From Eledone cirrhosa (taxonomy: Eukaryota), in NCBI GenBank assembly GCA_964016885.1, contig OZ024746.1, forward strand, positions 38,874,001 to 38,938,000: a DNA stretch of 64,000 nucleotides, given 5' to 3'. Positions 12,060 to 23,765 of the stretch are shown here, in pieces. The notes beneath the pieces were generated by a model. It did not search any database, was not told the origin of the DNA, and saw only the letters and a list, made by a program, of their open reading frames with translations. Numbering within the stretch: position 1 is the stretch's first letter; every line of letters starts with the position of its first letter. The position numbers and the translations under genes are program-made.

Positions 12060-12692
12060 ATCAATGTTTAACGTTCGTTTTTCCATACTAGCATGGGTTA
12101 GACGAGTTGTCCTGTTGGGAGAAATACCAGGTCAGATGACCATATCTTGCTGATACAGAACTGATTTTGGCTTAGTTTCTACAACTGGATGCTCTTCCTA
12201 ATACCAACCATATTTCCAGTGAGTACTAGATGCTTTTTGTTGTGACACCTACATGATCACTTTACAGTGAATACTAGAACTTTTTGTTGTGACACCTACA
12301 TGATCACTTTACAGTGAGTACTAGAGCTTTTTGTTGTGACACCTACATGATCACTTTTCAGTGAGTACTAGGTGCTTTTTGTTGTGACACCTACATGATC
12401 ACTTTACAGTGAGTACTAGAGCTTTTTGTTGTGACACCTACGTGATCACTTTTCAGTGAGTACTAGGTGCTTTTTGTTGTGACACCTACATGATCACTTT
12501 ACAGTGAATACTAGAGCTTTTTGTTGTGACACCTACATGATCACTTTACAGTGAGTACTAGAGCTTTTTGTTGTGACACCTACATGATCACTTTACAGTA
12601 AGGACTAGGTGCTTTTTATTGTGACACCTCCACAACCACTTTACAGTGTAGGCTGGGTGCCCTTCATTATGTCACTCACATGACCACCCTAC
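12060..12692 (-). mobile_element. RTE 3'UTR-derived repeat with 47-48-bp minisatellite (~10 copies, ~12215-12690)
   Basis: Unit GAGCTTTTTGTTGTGACACCTACATGATCACTTTACAGTGAGTACTA, homologous to the 3586-4066 unit. Confidence 0.85.
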
Positions 12693-12957
12693 ATTTCTCT
12701 TTTAAAATAGTAAGGTATAATTTGAAGGAAATGATTTAGCTGCTATTTCTAGTGCTCATATTGATATTCCCATCTGTCTTGTAATTATTTGATTTTGTTG
12801 TTTGTTTATTTGGTTTGATATTTCCCTCCTCACTAACCCTAATAAAGGAAATATACACAGACACACACATACACACATATGTGCATACAGGCCTACACTG
12901 AAACATAAACCTGCAAAATGAAATTTTTAAAAACTTAGAAAATATTTCCTAGCTTAC

Positions 12958-14985
12958 CTGTTTCATGCTGTAACTTAAGTCTGAACCACTAAAGTCAAGT
13001 TCTAAATCCTCATCAAGAATCTTTAAGGGTGAGGTCGAAATGTTGTCAGGGAATATATTATGCTCCCCGTGGTGGTCATTTGAATGATCAAGATCTGTCT
13101 GGATATTGTCTGAATTTAACCTGAAATTTGTTCCTGGTTTTATTCCTGTATCTAGCCCAGAATCAATATCTATTGCAGGTTCTGTTTTAGTTCTGGTCTC
13201 CTTAGAGTCAATTTCAGTGTTAGTCAGTGTTGATGGCTGGTGTTGAGGCTGCTGTTGATGTTGTGGCTGGTCATTGTGTTTCTGATTTTGAATTTTGGAG
13301 ATGACCTCTTGTGAAATGTCCCGGGCTTTTGAAATGGTAACCTCCCGTGATTGAGATGGATTTGGAACTATTTCTGAATTTATTTTTTGTTCTGGCTCTG
13401 AATTTGAAAGACCAGTACGAGGTTTTAGTGCTGGTGGAAGGAAGCGAGATGCAGGTGTGGTTACTCTCAGTGGCCTGGATAGCGAAGACGAAGTTGAAGA
13501 AGATAGAAAGGAAGGCAAAGAAGAGGAGAATATATTTGACAGTGAAGTTGGGGGGGTGGCTGTGGAGGTGATCACAGTGGGAAGCAGTGGGTCTTCTTCT
13601 AGAAGCTTGGACGGAGACGTGGACCGAGATACAGGCGAAACTGCTAATGGGTCCAAAGTTTGAACTGAAGAGGGTGGTTTTTGAAACTGTTGGAAGACCC
13701 GAGAAGATCCAGACCTGATGTCTGCTGATGAGAATATTGATGAGTTCAAGGGCCGGGTAGAATTCCTAGCTGCAACTGATGCTGCTGCTCCCACTACTGT
13801 TCTTTTTAGTGATGACTTGCTTAGGAAAGCATCAAGATAAGCAGCTTTAGTTACAGCTGATGTAGTAATAGTAGTGGCTGTTGTAGTAGTTGTAGCAACA
13901 GTCTGTAGTAATGGCCGTGTAGCTACCCTGCTACCAACAACACTGTATTTCTCCTTTACATCAACATTGTCAGCAGTAGCATCATCTTCAGCAGCAGCAG
14001 TTAACAGTGCCTTGTTGTCAGTGCATAATGCAAAAGCTTGAGGATTATCCCCAGCTGCGCACCACTCAGTCAAGCTGCTCATCCCAGCATTGTTATCCTC
14101 CCCAACACCTTCTTTCCACTTCTTTCTCTCAATCCTACTATCAATTTCCTTCTCACCTTTGCCCTTCCTTTCACTCATTCCTTCACACCCACTCTCATGC
14201 TTGCTCCTGCCCTCATCCTGTTGAGATCTCTCTTCCCAGCCACTCACACTGTCATTGTTACTCTCTCCCCACCTCTTCTTACCACTAATACTACTTCTAC
14301 TTCTCCCCTTGTCCTCTGTCATTTTCTCTGTATCTGTTGTTTCTCTCACCTTCTCCTTCTCTTTCTTCTCTTCACTAGCTCCACTTCCATAAATCTGTGT
14401 CTGAGGAACTTGCTTAAGATATGTACTTGAGGAAGACAGTTGGTGTTTCACTTGATTGTATGGATGGATGCGATCACTGGTACTGTTGCTGTTGTCATTA
14501 GAATCATGACCGTCGCCATCTTTCTGGTTAGCGCGGTGGACATTGTTGTTTTTGTTGATGTTAACTAGAGCATCATCTTTAGCATCATTGCAGTTATCAT
14601 ATTCAGCATTCTTGTTGTCATGGTTTTTGGGGGAACTGGCCACTCGCCAGCTACTCTGTTGTTGTATTTGCTGTTCTTCATCTTCTTGCGCTTGCCACGA
14701 CAATGGCCGCCAGGCCCTGAGACTGCTTCCCCTTTTTGTATATACCCTCCCTAACTCAGACTGTTCACCAACTGGTCCTTTCTCCTGCCCTAATATCTCA
14801 TCCAAAGTTTTCTCTGCCGACAAACTCCATCTTCTTACATCTCCACTTGCTATACCTCCAGCTGTCACTTTCTCTGCCTCCTTCCCTTCCTCATCCAAGC
14901 CTGTAATAGAGAGCTCTTTCTTCAGCCGTCGTTTTTCTTTCCAGCTTTCCAGGTAAGAGTCTCCCAGATCATCGTTACCAAACAT
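12958..14985 (-). CDS. large coding exon (probably the first coding exon) of an unidentified protein; S/T/E/K-rich, likely disordered
   Basis: 2-kb non-repetitive ORF, more GC-rich than its flanks, with ATG in AAAATG context. It ends at a phase-0 donor CAG|GTAAGC (12958/12957). An upstream acceptor TTTTTATTTTGCAG|G lies at 15087/15086, after a long pyrimidine tract. Confidence 0.8.
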
Positions 14986-15401
14986 TTTTTTCTTTTAAAA
15001 AAAGTCTTTAAAAAAAGTTTAAAAAAAAAAAATTCTGTGATGATAACTTTTGAGATTATCTCTAATCCACAGTAATCCAGTTCATCCTGCAAAATAAAAA
15101 AATAAATAGATAAATAGATATGCAAAATAAATGACAATAGAAAAAGAGGGATTGAGAAGGGGGAGGAAGAGAGATGTGGGTGAAGAGGGAGTATGCGAGG
15201 AAGAGAATAAGAGAAGGGAGTTAATATTTTTAAAAAGTACACAAGGAACAAGGAATTATGAAATGGCATGTGGCTAATTGTATGTGTGTGCGTGTGGTTG
15301 GAGGAGGTGGTGATGAAGGAGATGGTGATGAAGAGGTAGAGGAGATGGTGGAGGAAAAAAGGAAAGAAAGGGAATAAAAGTAATAGCAACAACAACATTA
15401 A

Positions 15402-15634
15402 CCCTAACCCTTTACCATTTCCATTACTCTATATATACGATTGTATTTTCACAGTAAGCACTTTATCTCACATAATTATCTCATATGATATCGAATCTAT
15501 GAGATTTTGATATCATTTATTTAGAGAACAAAACCTTAATATAAGTATGAGCAGCTGGTTATGACCAGTTTGAATAGAAAGATGTGAAAGAATTCTGGCC
15601 AGATATGGCTGGTTTAAATGCTTAAAAGGGTTAA
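15402..15634 (+). mobile_element. piggyBac-type MITE P1
   Basis: P1 body ending AAAAGGG-TTAA. Confidence 0.75.
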
Positions 15635-16136
15635 AAGAAAACTTAGATAAGGATCAAGTATAAAACATTATGATGGTGTAACCATCAAATAAAATAAGCA
15701 TGTTACTAGGGCCTCAAGTAAAGTGAGGCTCCATACAGTTTTTATTCTGTACAGTATGTGAAGGTTTTGTTCCATTTAGAGTATATGGCGGATACCATAA
15801 TCTCTTCAGTGCTTAGGACCTTTAACCCTTTTGATACCAAAATAGCTGAAACTATCCATAGTTTTATGATACCGAGTTGTTTATTTTGAAGTGTTTATCA
15901 TGATCCTCCTTCTCATCATCATCATCATAATTTAATGTGTGCTTTCCCTGCTAGCAAGGGTTGGATAGGTTTGTATCTATCTGAAAATAATTTCTGTCAT
16001 AATTCTTCTGTGTGAACCAGATAATCACTAAGAAAGTTAGTTATATTATTAAATCTTAGTTATTTTCAAAGTTATGTGTCTGTTAGAAGTATGGTAAGAA
16101 AAGGGTTATTAAGTGTCTGTTATTAGAAATATTATA

Positions 16137-16468
16137 GGCGGTGAATTGCCAGAATCATTAATATGTCGGTTAGAATGCTTTATGGTATTTGTTCCGGCTC
16201 TCTGCTCTTTCAGTTCAAATCCCGTCGTGGTCAACTTTGCCTTTCATCCTTTCGAGGTCGATAAAAAAAGTACCAGTCTAGTACTGGGGTCAATTCTTCC
16301 TCTATATCTCTTTCTCATTTCCTCTCTCTCACTTTCTATCTTTCTCTGGAAGAAATCTGCTGTTCTCAGGCCTGAAAAGGAATGGGCTCCGCCAGGCTTA
16401 AAATGCCTAAGAAACAGCTTATGTCAATACAGCGGCCCTACAACTCTATCAGGAGTTATGGGACCATA
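16137..16468 (+). mobile_element. SINE family A variant with an alternative 3' tail (also 26942-27275 +, 31234-31570 -, 37846-38072 +)
   Basis: Same head and central domain, but continues with a CT-rich stretch and ...GGAGTTATGGGACCATAC. Confidence 0.75.
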
Positions 16469-17082
16469 CGAAATGGTTAAAAATCTTAATACAGCCTAGG
16501 CTATGGTTACTGCATCATGGCTATTTCAGACATTGTTTCTCAGACTACACAGTCCAGTGTGTCAGCAGCTTCGTTTTAAGCTGGCTAGGTATATTTTTGA
16601 GGGAGATCTGGGTATTATTTCTTGTAAGGTAAATGACTGCATAGACATTTCCATATATCTTTGTACTGCTCTAATGTAATCAACAGTGCACACACATGCA
16701 TATTGAGGTCCAGAATCTACTTGTGCTGATCAATGAGTCCTCCAATCATCATTGCTCTCCAACTACATGTCTCTACCCCTGTGTCTTCCTCTGATGAAGG
16801 AAAGCTGATGTTAAATGATGATGATATAATTTATATATACACATCGAGCTTGGCCACCTCTCAGATGGGATCATGGTAATGCCGTCTTTCCTGCTTACCA
16901 ACACTTTAGTCTTTTTTTCTAAGCTTACTCTCAGCCTTTATAAATTAACCCTTTAGCATTTAAACAGGTTATATCCAGCCAGAATTCTCCCACCGCTTTC
17001 TGTTCAAACTGGCCACTCATACAGTCATTAAGGTATTGTTCTCAAAATAAATTATATCAAAATCTTGTAGATTTGATATTAT

Positions 17083-17274
17083 AATAATTGTTTCTACGTT
17101 AGGCACAAGGCCAGCAATTACCCAGTGCATTACTGGTACTTTATTTTATCGACCCCGTAAGGATGAAAGGCAAAGTTAACCTCGGCGGGATTTGAACTCA
17201 GAATGGCAAGGGCCGTAACTCTATACGTCAAAGCATGGCGTCCGACCCTCTCCTAATACTGCCAATCCACCGCC
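17083..17274 (-). mobile_element. SINE family A abutting a truncated P1 MITE (16946-17082)
   Basis: Family consensus match on the minus strand. Confidence 0.8.
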
Positions 17275-17310
17275 CTATTGATATAATAATAATAATAATG
17301 ATAATAATAA

Positions 17311-19033
17311 CTTCAAGGTGGCAGACAACATCAGACAGCTATTAAGTAAAAGTATGAAGTCCTGGGAAACAGAGTTAACATGACATGGAGAATCCTTGGG
17401 AGGCATCAAGAGAAGTATCTTCCAGGGAGATAGTTTGTCTCTTTTGTTGTTTGTCCTTGCCCTGATGTCCGTCATATTGCGAAAAGTGAAAGCAGGATAC
17501 AAGCTGGGAAGAGGAGAGCTTACCATCAACCACCTCCTCTTCATGGATGATCTTAAACTCTTTGGGAAGAGTGAGGAGTTGGATGTACTTGTTGACACTG
17601 TCCGTATTTTCAGCAATGATATATGTATGCAATTTGGTGTAAATAAGTGTGGAGTCCTAGTGATGAAGAGGGGTAAATTGAGCAGAAGCAACGGAATCCA
17701 GGTACCAACAGGTGAGATGATAATGGAAATTGACACTGAAGAGGGATACAAATATTTAGGTGTTCTGGAGGCAGATGACATCAAGAACAAAAAAATGAAA
17801 GAATTGATAAAATTTGAATACATAAGGAGAGTAAGGAACATATTAAAATCACATCTAAATAGTAGGAATGTCATAAGTGCAGTAAATTCCTGAGGCATGT
17901 CTATTATTAGGCACAGTGTGGGAATTCTGAAACGGAATGTTGCTGAACAAAAAGAAATGGATAGGAAGACTAGGAAGCTATTGACTATCTACAACATGTT
18001 CCACAAGAGGAGTGATATTGATAGACTCTACTTAAAGATATCTGAAGGTGGAAGAGGTCTTATCAGCATAGAGGACTGTGTTCAGTTGGAGAAAAACAGC
18101 CTGCACAAATATGTGGCTGACAGTAGGGAGCCAATGCTCAAAATTGTACTGAAGGAGAAGACAATAGACCAGGGGATGTCCAAGGAGGAAATAACAACAA
18201 GGAGGAAGAGCAACCTTCATAGTAACTACTTTAAGAAAACGGAATTTAGAGATCCACAGACATGGAACTTGTTAAAAAGAGGAGACCTTAAAAAAGCTAG
18301 AGAAGGAATGCTAATGGCTGCGCAAGAGCAAGCCCTCAGAACAAAGTGGGTGAAACACCATATTGACAACGAGGAGGCTAGCTCACTGTGTAGGATCTGT
18401 GGAGAGAGAGAGAGAGGAGACTGTGGCTTACATTGTATCCGAGTGTTAACAGACTCACTATAAAGGCTGGAGACATGATGTGATAGGCAGGGTGATCCAC
18501 TGGCATCTATGCAAACTAAACAATTTACCACATTCTGAGAAGTGGTATGAGGATAAGCCAAAGTTGGTGATAGAAAACGATCGGGTGAAGGTGCTATGGG
18601 ATTTTAGGATACAGACGGACAAGAAATTAGAACACAATAGGCCTGACCTGGTGGTTTGGGACAAGGAAAAAAGATTGTGCCTGATTGTAGATGTAGCTTG
18701 CCCATTTAACACGGGAGTGCAAAAAAGGGAGAGGGAGAAAATTAACCGATACCAGGTTTTAAAGTGGGAGTTAAAAAGGATTTTGAACTGCCAGGAGATC
18801 AAGGTCATCCCGATTGTCATAGGTGCACTAGGTACTATCTCAAAGAGTTTCCAAGGATGGTTAAAGAAGATTAGTCCAGCCCCGCTTTTTGGAACACTTC
18901 AAAAGGCATGCTTGCTGGGAACAGCAAGCATGCCTTCGATACGTCCTGAATGTCTGAAGCTGCAGGTAGCGGCTTGATATTCATTTCAACAAACTTTCCA
19001 GTTAAATAACATCAATGACTGAAACTCAAAGAA
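17311..19033 (+). mobile_element. 5'-truncated, inactivated R4/Dong-clade non-LTR retrotransposon (RT + CCHC + RLE)
   Basis: Motifs IFQGDSLS, HLLFMDDLKL, YKYLG, RLYL..EGGRGL, CRICG, RHD, NRPDLVV..DVACP. There is an in-frame stop at 17891-17893 and a frameshift in (GA)n near 18410. The 5' junction is in a (TAA)n tract. Confidence 0.9.
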
Positions 19034-19549
19034 CAATAATGAAATTATTGTGTACAGTGCTCAGGTGCACTACAACTCATCAAAAGTGTTCAAATGTTCA
19101 AATGTCAATGGCTTTAAGCCACATGGTTTTGAGCTCCATCCCACTAATATTTCATCATCACCATATAATGCCTATTTTCCCTGTTAACAAGTGTTGAATG
19201 TGCTGTCACAGACCAGTTGGTATTCAAATGGAGCTCTTCACCTCCAAGTGGGCCAGGTGCCAACCATACGATCCAGAACTCTAAGTGTAGTTTTTCATAG
19301 TAACAATGCTAGGAAAGTTGTCGAGTCATTGGCATAGCTTATGAGTTTTTGTATCATTTGTTTTGTATGGCTAAAAACCTTTCCTATAATCAACCACTTT
19401 ACAAAGTATACTGGATGATCATTTATCATGTAAGATTATCAACACTAGGGAGGTTATCATGTCTATGGCACAGCTAAAAGGTCTTTGTAAGCCTTTTATA
19501 TTTACTGATAAATATACTGGCATATAATTGTAAATATACATATTAACCA

Positions 19550-19965
19550 TCATGCCAACAACAACCCAAAGCACCTTTTTGAATTCCATGTGTCTAACAC
19601 CCGTGTGCATACTTACAAAGTCAGAAAACAGCACAGTTCCCATGACTTTCGGAAACATTTTTTTCATGCTCAGAGTTGCTGAAGCATGGAACAAACTATC
19701 TGCATCGGTTGTTTGCTGCCGGGACACTGTATCCTTCAAAACCTCCATGCTTCCTGAAATTTGCCAACACTACACCTGATATTCCACCACCATACACATG
19801 CATGCGTGTATCTGAGTGTATATCATGACTCATACACTGTTCACTTTCCTGACATTTCTACATTATACTATGTAATATACATGGTACATCATTCTATGTA
19901 CTATACATGTACCTTTGATGAGTTGTAGTGCACCTGAGCACTGTACACAATAATTTCATTATTAT
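19550..19965 (+). mobile_element. CR1-type LINE 3' end
   Basis: Peptide NTRVHTYK...RKHFF-LRVAEAWNKL..VV....FK matches the CR1 ORF2 C-terminus. The tail GTAGTGCACCTGAGCACTGTACACAATAAT also occurs inverted at 19035-19085 and at ~24545. Confidence 0.8.
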
Positions 19966-20304
19966 AAATAACTATAAATATAATATGAGTCGAAAAACTA
20001 CTTCAAGAAGTCTCATCCAACCCATAGTGAATATAAAAACGAGGATAAGGATGAGGATGTTATATGCAATGTATATGCATGTGTGTGTATGAATATGTAT
20101 TTGTGTATATGAATGAGTGTGTGTGTGTTTAAAAATAAACAAGTAAAGGTATACATGGATGAATATATGAATGAACAAGAGAGAGAGAGCGGAGGAGAAA
20201 AATTGACCAATAGCATTAACTGAATTGATGATGAGAAAAACAGATGGCATCAAAATAACCCAAGCCACTTGACAAAATAATAAGTAACACAAGGAACAAG
20301 TCTA

Positions 20305-20348
20305 TATGTATATATATATTCATGTGCATATATATATATATATATTCA

Positions 20349-20390
<42 letters not shown>

Positions 20391-20472
20391 TGTGCATATA
20401 TATATATATATATATATTCATGTGCATATATATATATATATATATATTCATGTGCATATATATATATATTCA

Positions 20473-20514
<42 letters not shown>

Positions 20515-20544
20515 TGTGCATATATATATATATATATATATTCA

Positions 20545-20584
<40 letters not shown>

Positions 20585-20610
20585 TGTGCATATATATATA
20601 TATATATTCA

Positions 20611-20641
<31 letters not shown>

Positions 20642-20694
20642 TCATGTGCATATATATATATATATATATTCATGTGCATATATATATATATTCA

Positions 20695-20754
<60 letters not shown>

Positions 20755-20850
20755 TGTGCATATATATATATATATATATTCATGTGCATATATATATATA
20801 TATATTCATGTACATATATATATATATTCATGTGCATATATATATATATA
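20305..20850. repeat. compound repeat: (TA)n punctuated by TTCATGTGCA (~20 times)
   Basis: Direct reading. Confidence 0.95.
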
Positions 20851-20874
20851 TATACACACACATATATATGTATG

Positions 20875-20906
<32 letters not shown>

Positions 20907-21103
20907 TATATATGTATATATGTATATGTTAAACAATGATGATGTATGTGCGTGTGTGTGTGTGCATATATATATATCTATAAGTGCAGTGTGTGAAAGT
21001 ATTTAATGAAAATAAGAAACAAAATCAAAAAAAGAAAGACACACATAACCACTTAACTTACCACCATATACAAAAACATTCATAATACCACTACCACAAT
21101 TAT

Positions 21104-21181
<78 letters not shown>

Positions 21182-21536
21182 ACACACACAAGCTATATAT
21201 TGGTGCCCCGATAAAAAGGATTTAATAAAGCATTGGGGTGGGAGTGTACTTAAGTGAAATGTTCCCCTCACGTCTCAGCACTTTGTAGAGTGTGGGAACG
21301 TATTCAAGTGAAATGCAGACCTCCAGTCCATCTGAGAGGTACTAGTTCTGCTTGAGTAGTGCTAGATCTGTCACAACCTGTGTCCAACCCTTGCTAGACA
21401 TTAACTGTCAATGAATATATCATCATCAACATTACCATTTTACGTCCATTCTTCCACACTAGCATATATATATATATATATATATATATCATCATTTTCG
21501 TTTAACGTCCATTTTCCATGCTAGCATGGGTTATAT

Positions 21537-21730
21537 ATAGGAAAATAGTCAGGACCCCGACGGCTGAGCTCCAGCCGTTTCAACAGCTAGATCCGAACTA
21601 GTTGTCGAAACAGCCGGAGCTCAACTGTTGGGGTCCTGACTCTTTTCCTATTACCCACTCTACTACCCTAAGTATTGAGTACTCTGGTGCATTATGGTCC
21701 ACCTGGTTCCTTACCACACTTTCTTGGTTA
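21537..21730 (+). mobile_element. hairpin-plus-tail element between (TA)n tracts
   Basis: 54-bp arms 21537-21590 / 21598-21651 with 8 mismatches and loop ATCCGAA; the tail is shared with 9720-9775 and 33055-33115. Confidence 0.7.
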
Positions 21731-21956
21731 TATATATATATATATATTTCGTTTCTGAATTTGTTTAGCAAGATTCTTTATCTGAAAACGTGTGTTGAAA
21801 CCGATATTGTTATACTTTGGGAGGGTCATGTTGCCAATAAGAAACACACGCATCAGTTGCTTTCACTTCAATTTATTATAATAAATTTATAAATTTAGGA
21901 ATTTATAAATTTCCGGTTGGTTGGTTGGTTGCACAACCAGATGATTGTTTATATAT

Positions 21957-22000
21957 TGTCAAAGTTCTTTCGTCACACATTCTGTGACCTCTTCAATGAC
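21957..22000 (-). ncRNA. degenerate minimal type-I hammerhead ribozyme
   Basis: Minus strand reads GTCA-TTGAAGAG-GTCACA-GAATG-TGTGAC-GAAA-GAAC-TT-TGAC. It has a 4-bp stem I, a perfect 6-bp stem II and a GAAA box, with C3 changed to U. Confidence 0.65.
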
Positions 22001-23734
22001 TGGGGATTCTTTTCTTTGTTTTTGTGCCTCTCCTTTGTTCTGTCCTATGCCATCTTGTTTTTACAAGATGAAATTTCGTTTCATTTTTTCCGTTTATATA
22101 TATATATATATATACTTTGTTTTAGAATTTGTTTTGCAAGATTTCTTATCTGAAAACGTGTGTTGAAACAGATATTGTTAGACTTTGGGAGGAAGTTTAT
22201 AATAAATTGAAGTGAAAACCAACAGGTGCATGTGTTTTAATTGGCAGCATGACCCTCCCAAAATATAACAATGTGTTTATTATAATTGTCTACATATGCT
22301 GACTCCAATATGTAGTGTTCAATCATATATATATGCAATAACAATGAATATGAAGACTAAGTTTCCATAATTATCTTTATTATGTAATTTGTTGTAATAC
22401 ACATTTCTGTGGTGTCAGTATTTATTACACAATAATACCATTATGCAATTATTGACACTGTATATATATATATATATATATATCATTATCATAATCATTG
22501 TTTGACGTCCATTTTTCCATGCTAACATGGGTTAAATGGGTTGTCCCATTTGAGGCAAGTTGGGTCAGGTGACCATGTCTTGTTCACATATATATAGAGA
22601 TACACTGTATATATAAAGACCAGGCATAAATTAAGGTAGTTGCATTTGCAGATTTAGTGTGTAGCTAGTTAATGTGGAGGAGATAGTGCAAATCTAATAT
22701 GGAACTAGATTGAAGCTAGAGCAAGTCTACTGCAATTGAAGGAAGTCAATGAAAAGGTCCCAGAAACATGGTGAAGGACTTCAATAAACCAACTACTTTT
22801 GTTAATGGTTAACTTTAATTAATTAGTTAAGAAATAATAAAATAGTAATGGGGTGCAACCAGTACATGTGTGCTTTTACTGGCAGAATAACACTCCCAAA
22901 AGTATATATTATATATTTATATATCCTTAGTCAATCATATATATAGAGAGAGGCACACCAAGTTGGGAATTATCCCAGTTTCATTGCCATTAAGTGACAA
23001 AGTGTACAAGACTCCTCCATTGGCTGGATACCAGTCCATGGCAAGGTTAACCCCCAGCTACAGCTGATACTAATTTTTCCAGCTGAATAAACTGAAGAAG
23101 TGTAAAATGAAGTATCTTGCTCAAGGACACAACATACTACCTAGTTCAGGAATTGAAGTCACAACTTTATCATCATGAACACAACACACTAATCACCAAG
23201 CCACACACCTTTACTTAATTTGTACTAATATACAGTACCAGTGCTTGACTGGTAGTTTATTTTATTGACTCCAAAAGGATAAAAGAAGTTGCCCTCAACA
23301 GGATTTGAACTCAGAATGTACAGACTGTAATTACATAGTCCAAGTTATTTTACCTAATGCTCCTAATGATTCTGCCAAACTACTTATTTCTTACATAGTC
23401 ATAATGTCAGACATTTTGTAAGGAAGAAACAGTTGATAGTATTGACTCCAGAATGTCACTGGTATATCAACAGTGAAAGGATGAAAAGCAAAGTTGACAT
23501 TAGTGGGTTATTTACTTAGAAATTAAAGAACTGAAAGAGAAACAAATACCACAAGGTATTTATTTTGTATGATGCTCTACCGACTCTTCCAATCCAGTTC
23601 CCTCAGATGATGATGATAACAATATCATAATGATGATGATAATATTATAAATAATGAGGATGATGATGATGATGATGATGACAATAATAACAATGCCAAT
23701 ACTAATAAGGTGAGCATTGATAAGGGATAGAGTG

Positions 23735-23765
<31 letters not shown>

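Noticed and set aside
13347-14956. Plus-strand ORFs overlapping the large exon
   Set aside because: They are antisense shadows of the minus-strand CDS.
16786-16825. CTGATGA as a hammerhead core
   Set aside because: There is no stem II or properly placed GAAA/stem III; the context resembles a decayed RTE tail.
20216-21271. YI/CV-repeat ORFs
   Set aside because: They are translations of (TA)n and (CA)n microsatellites.
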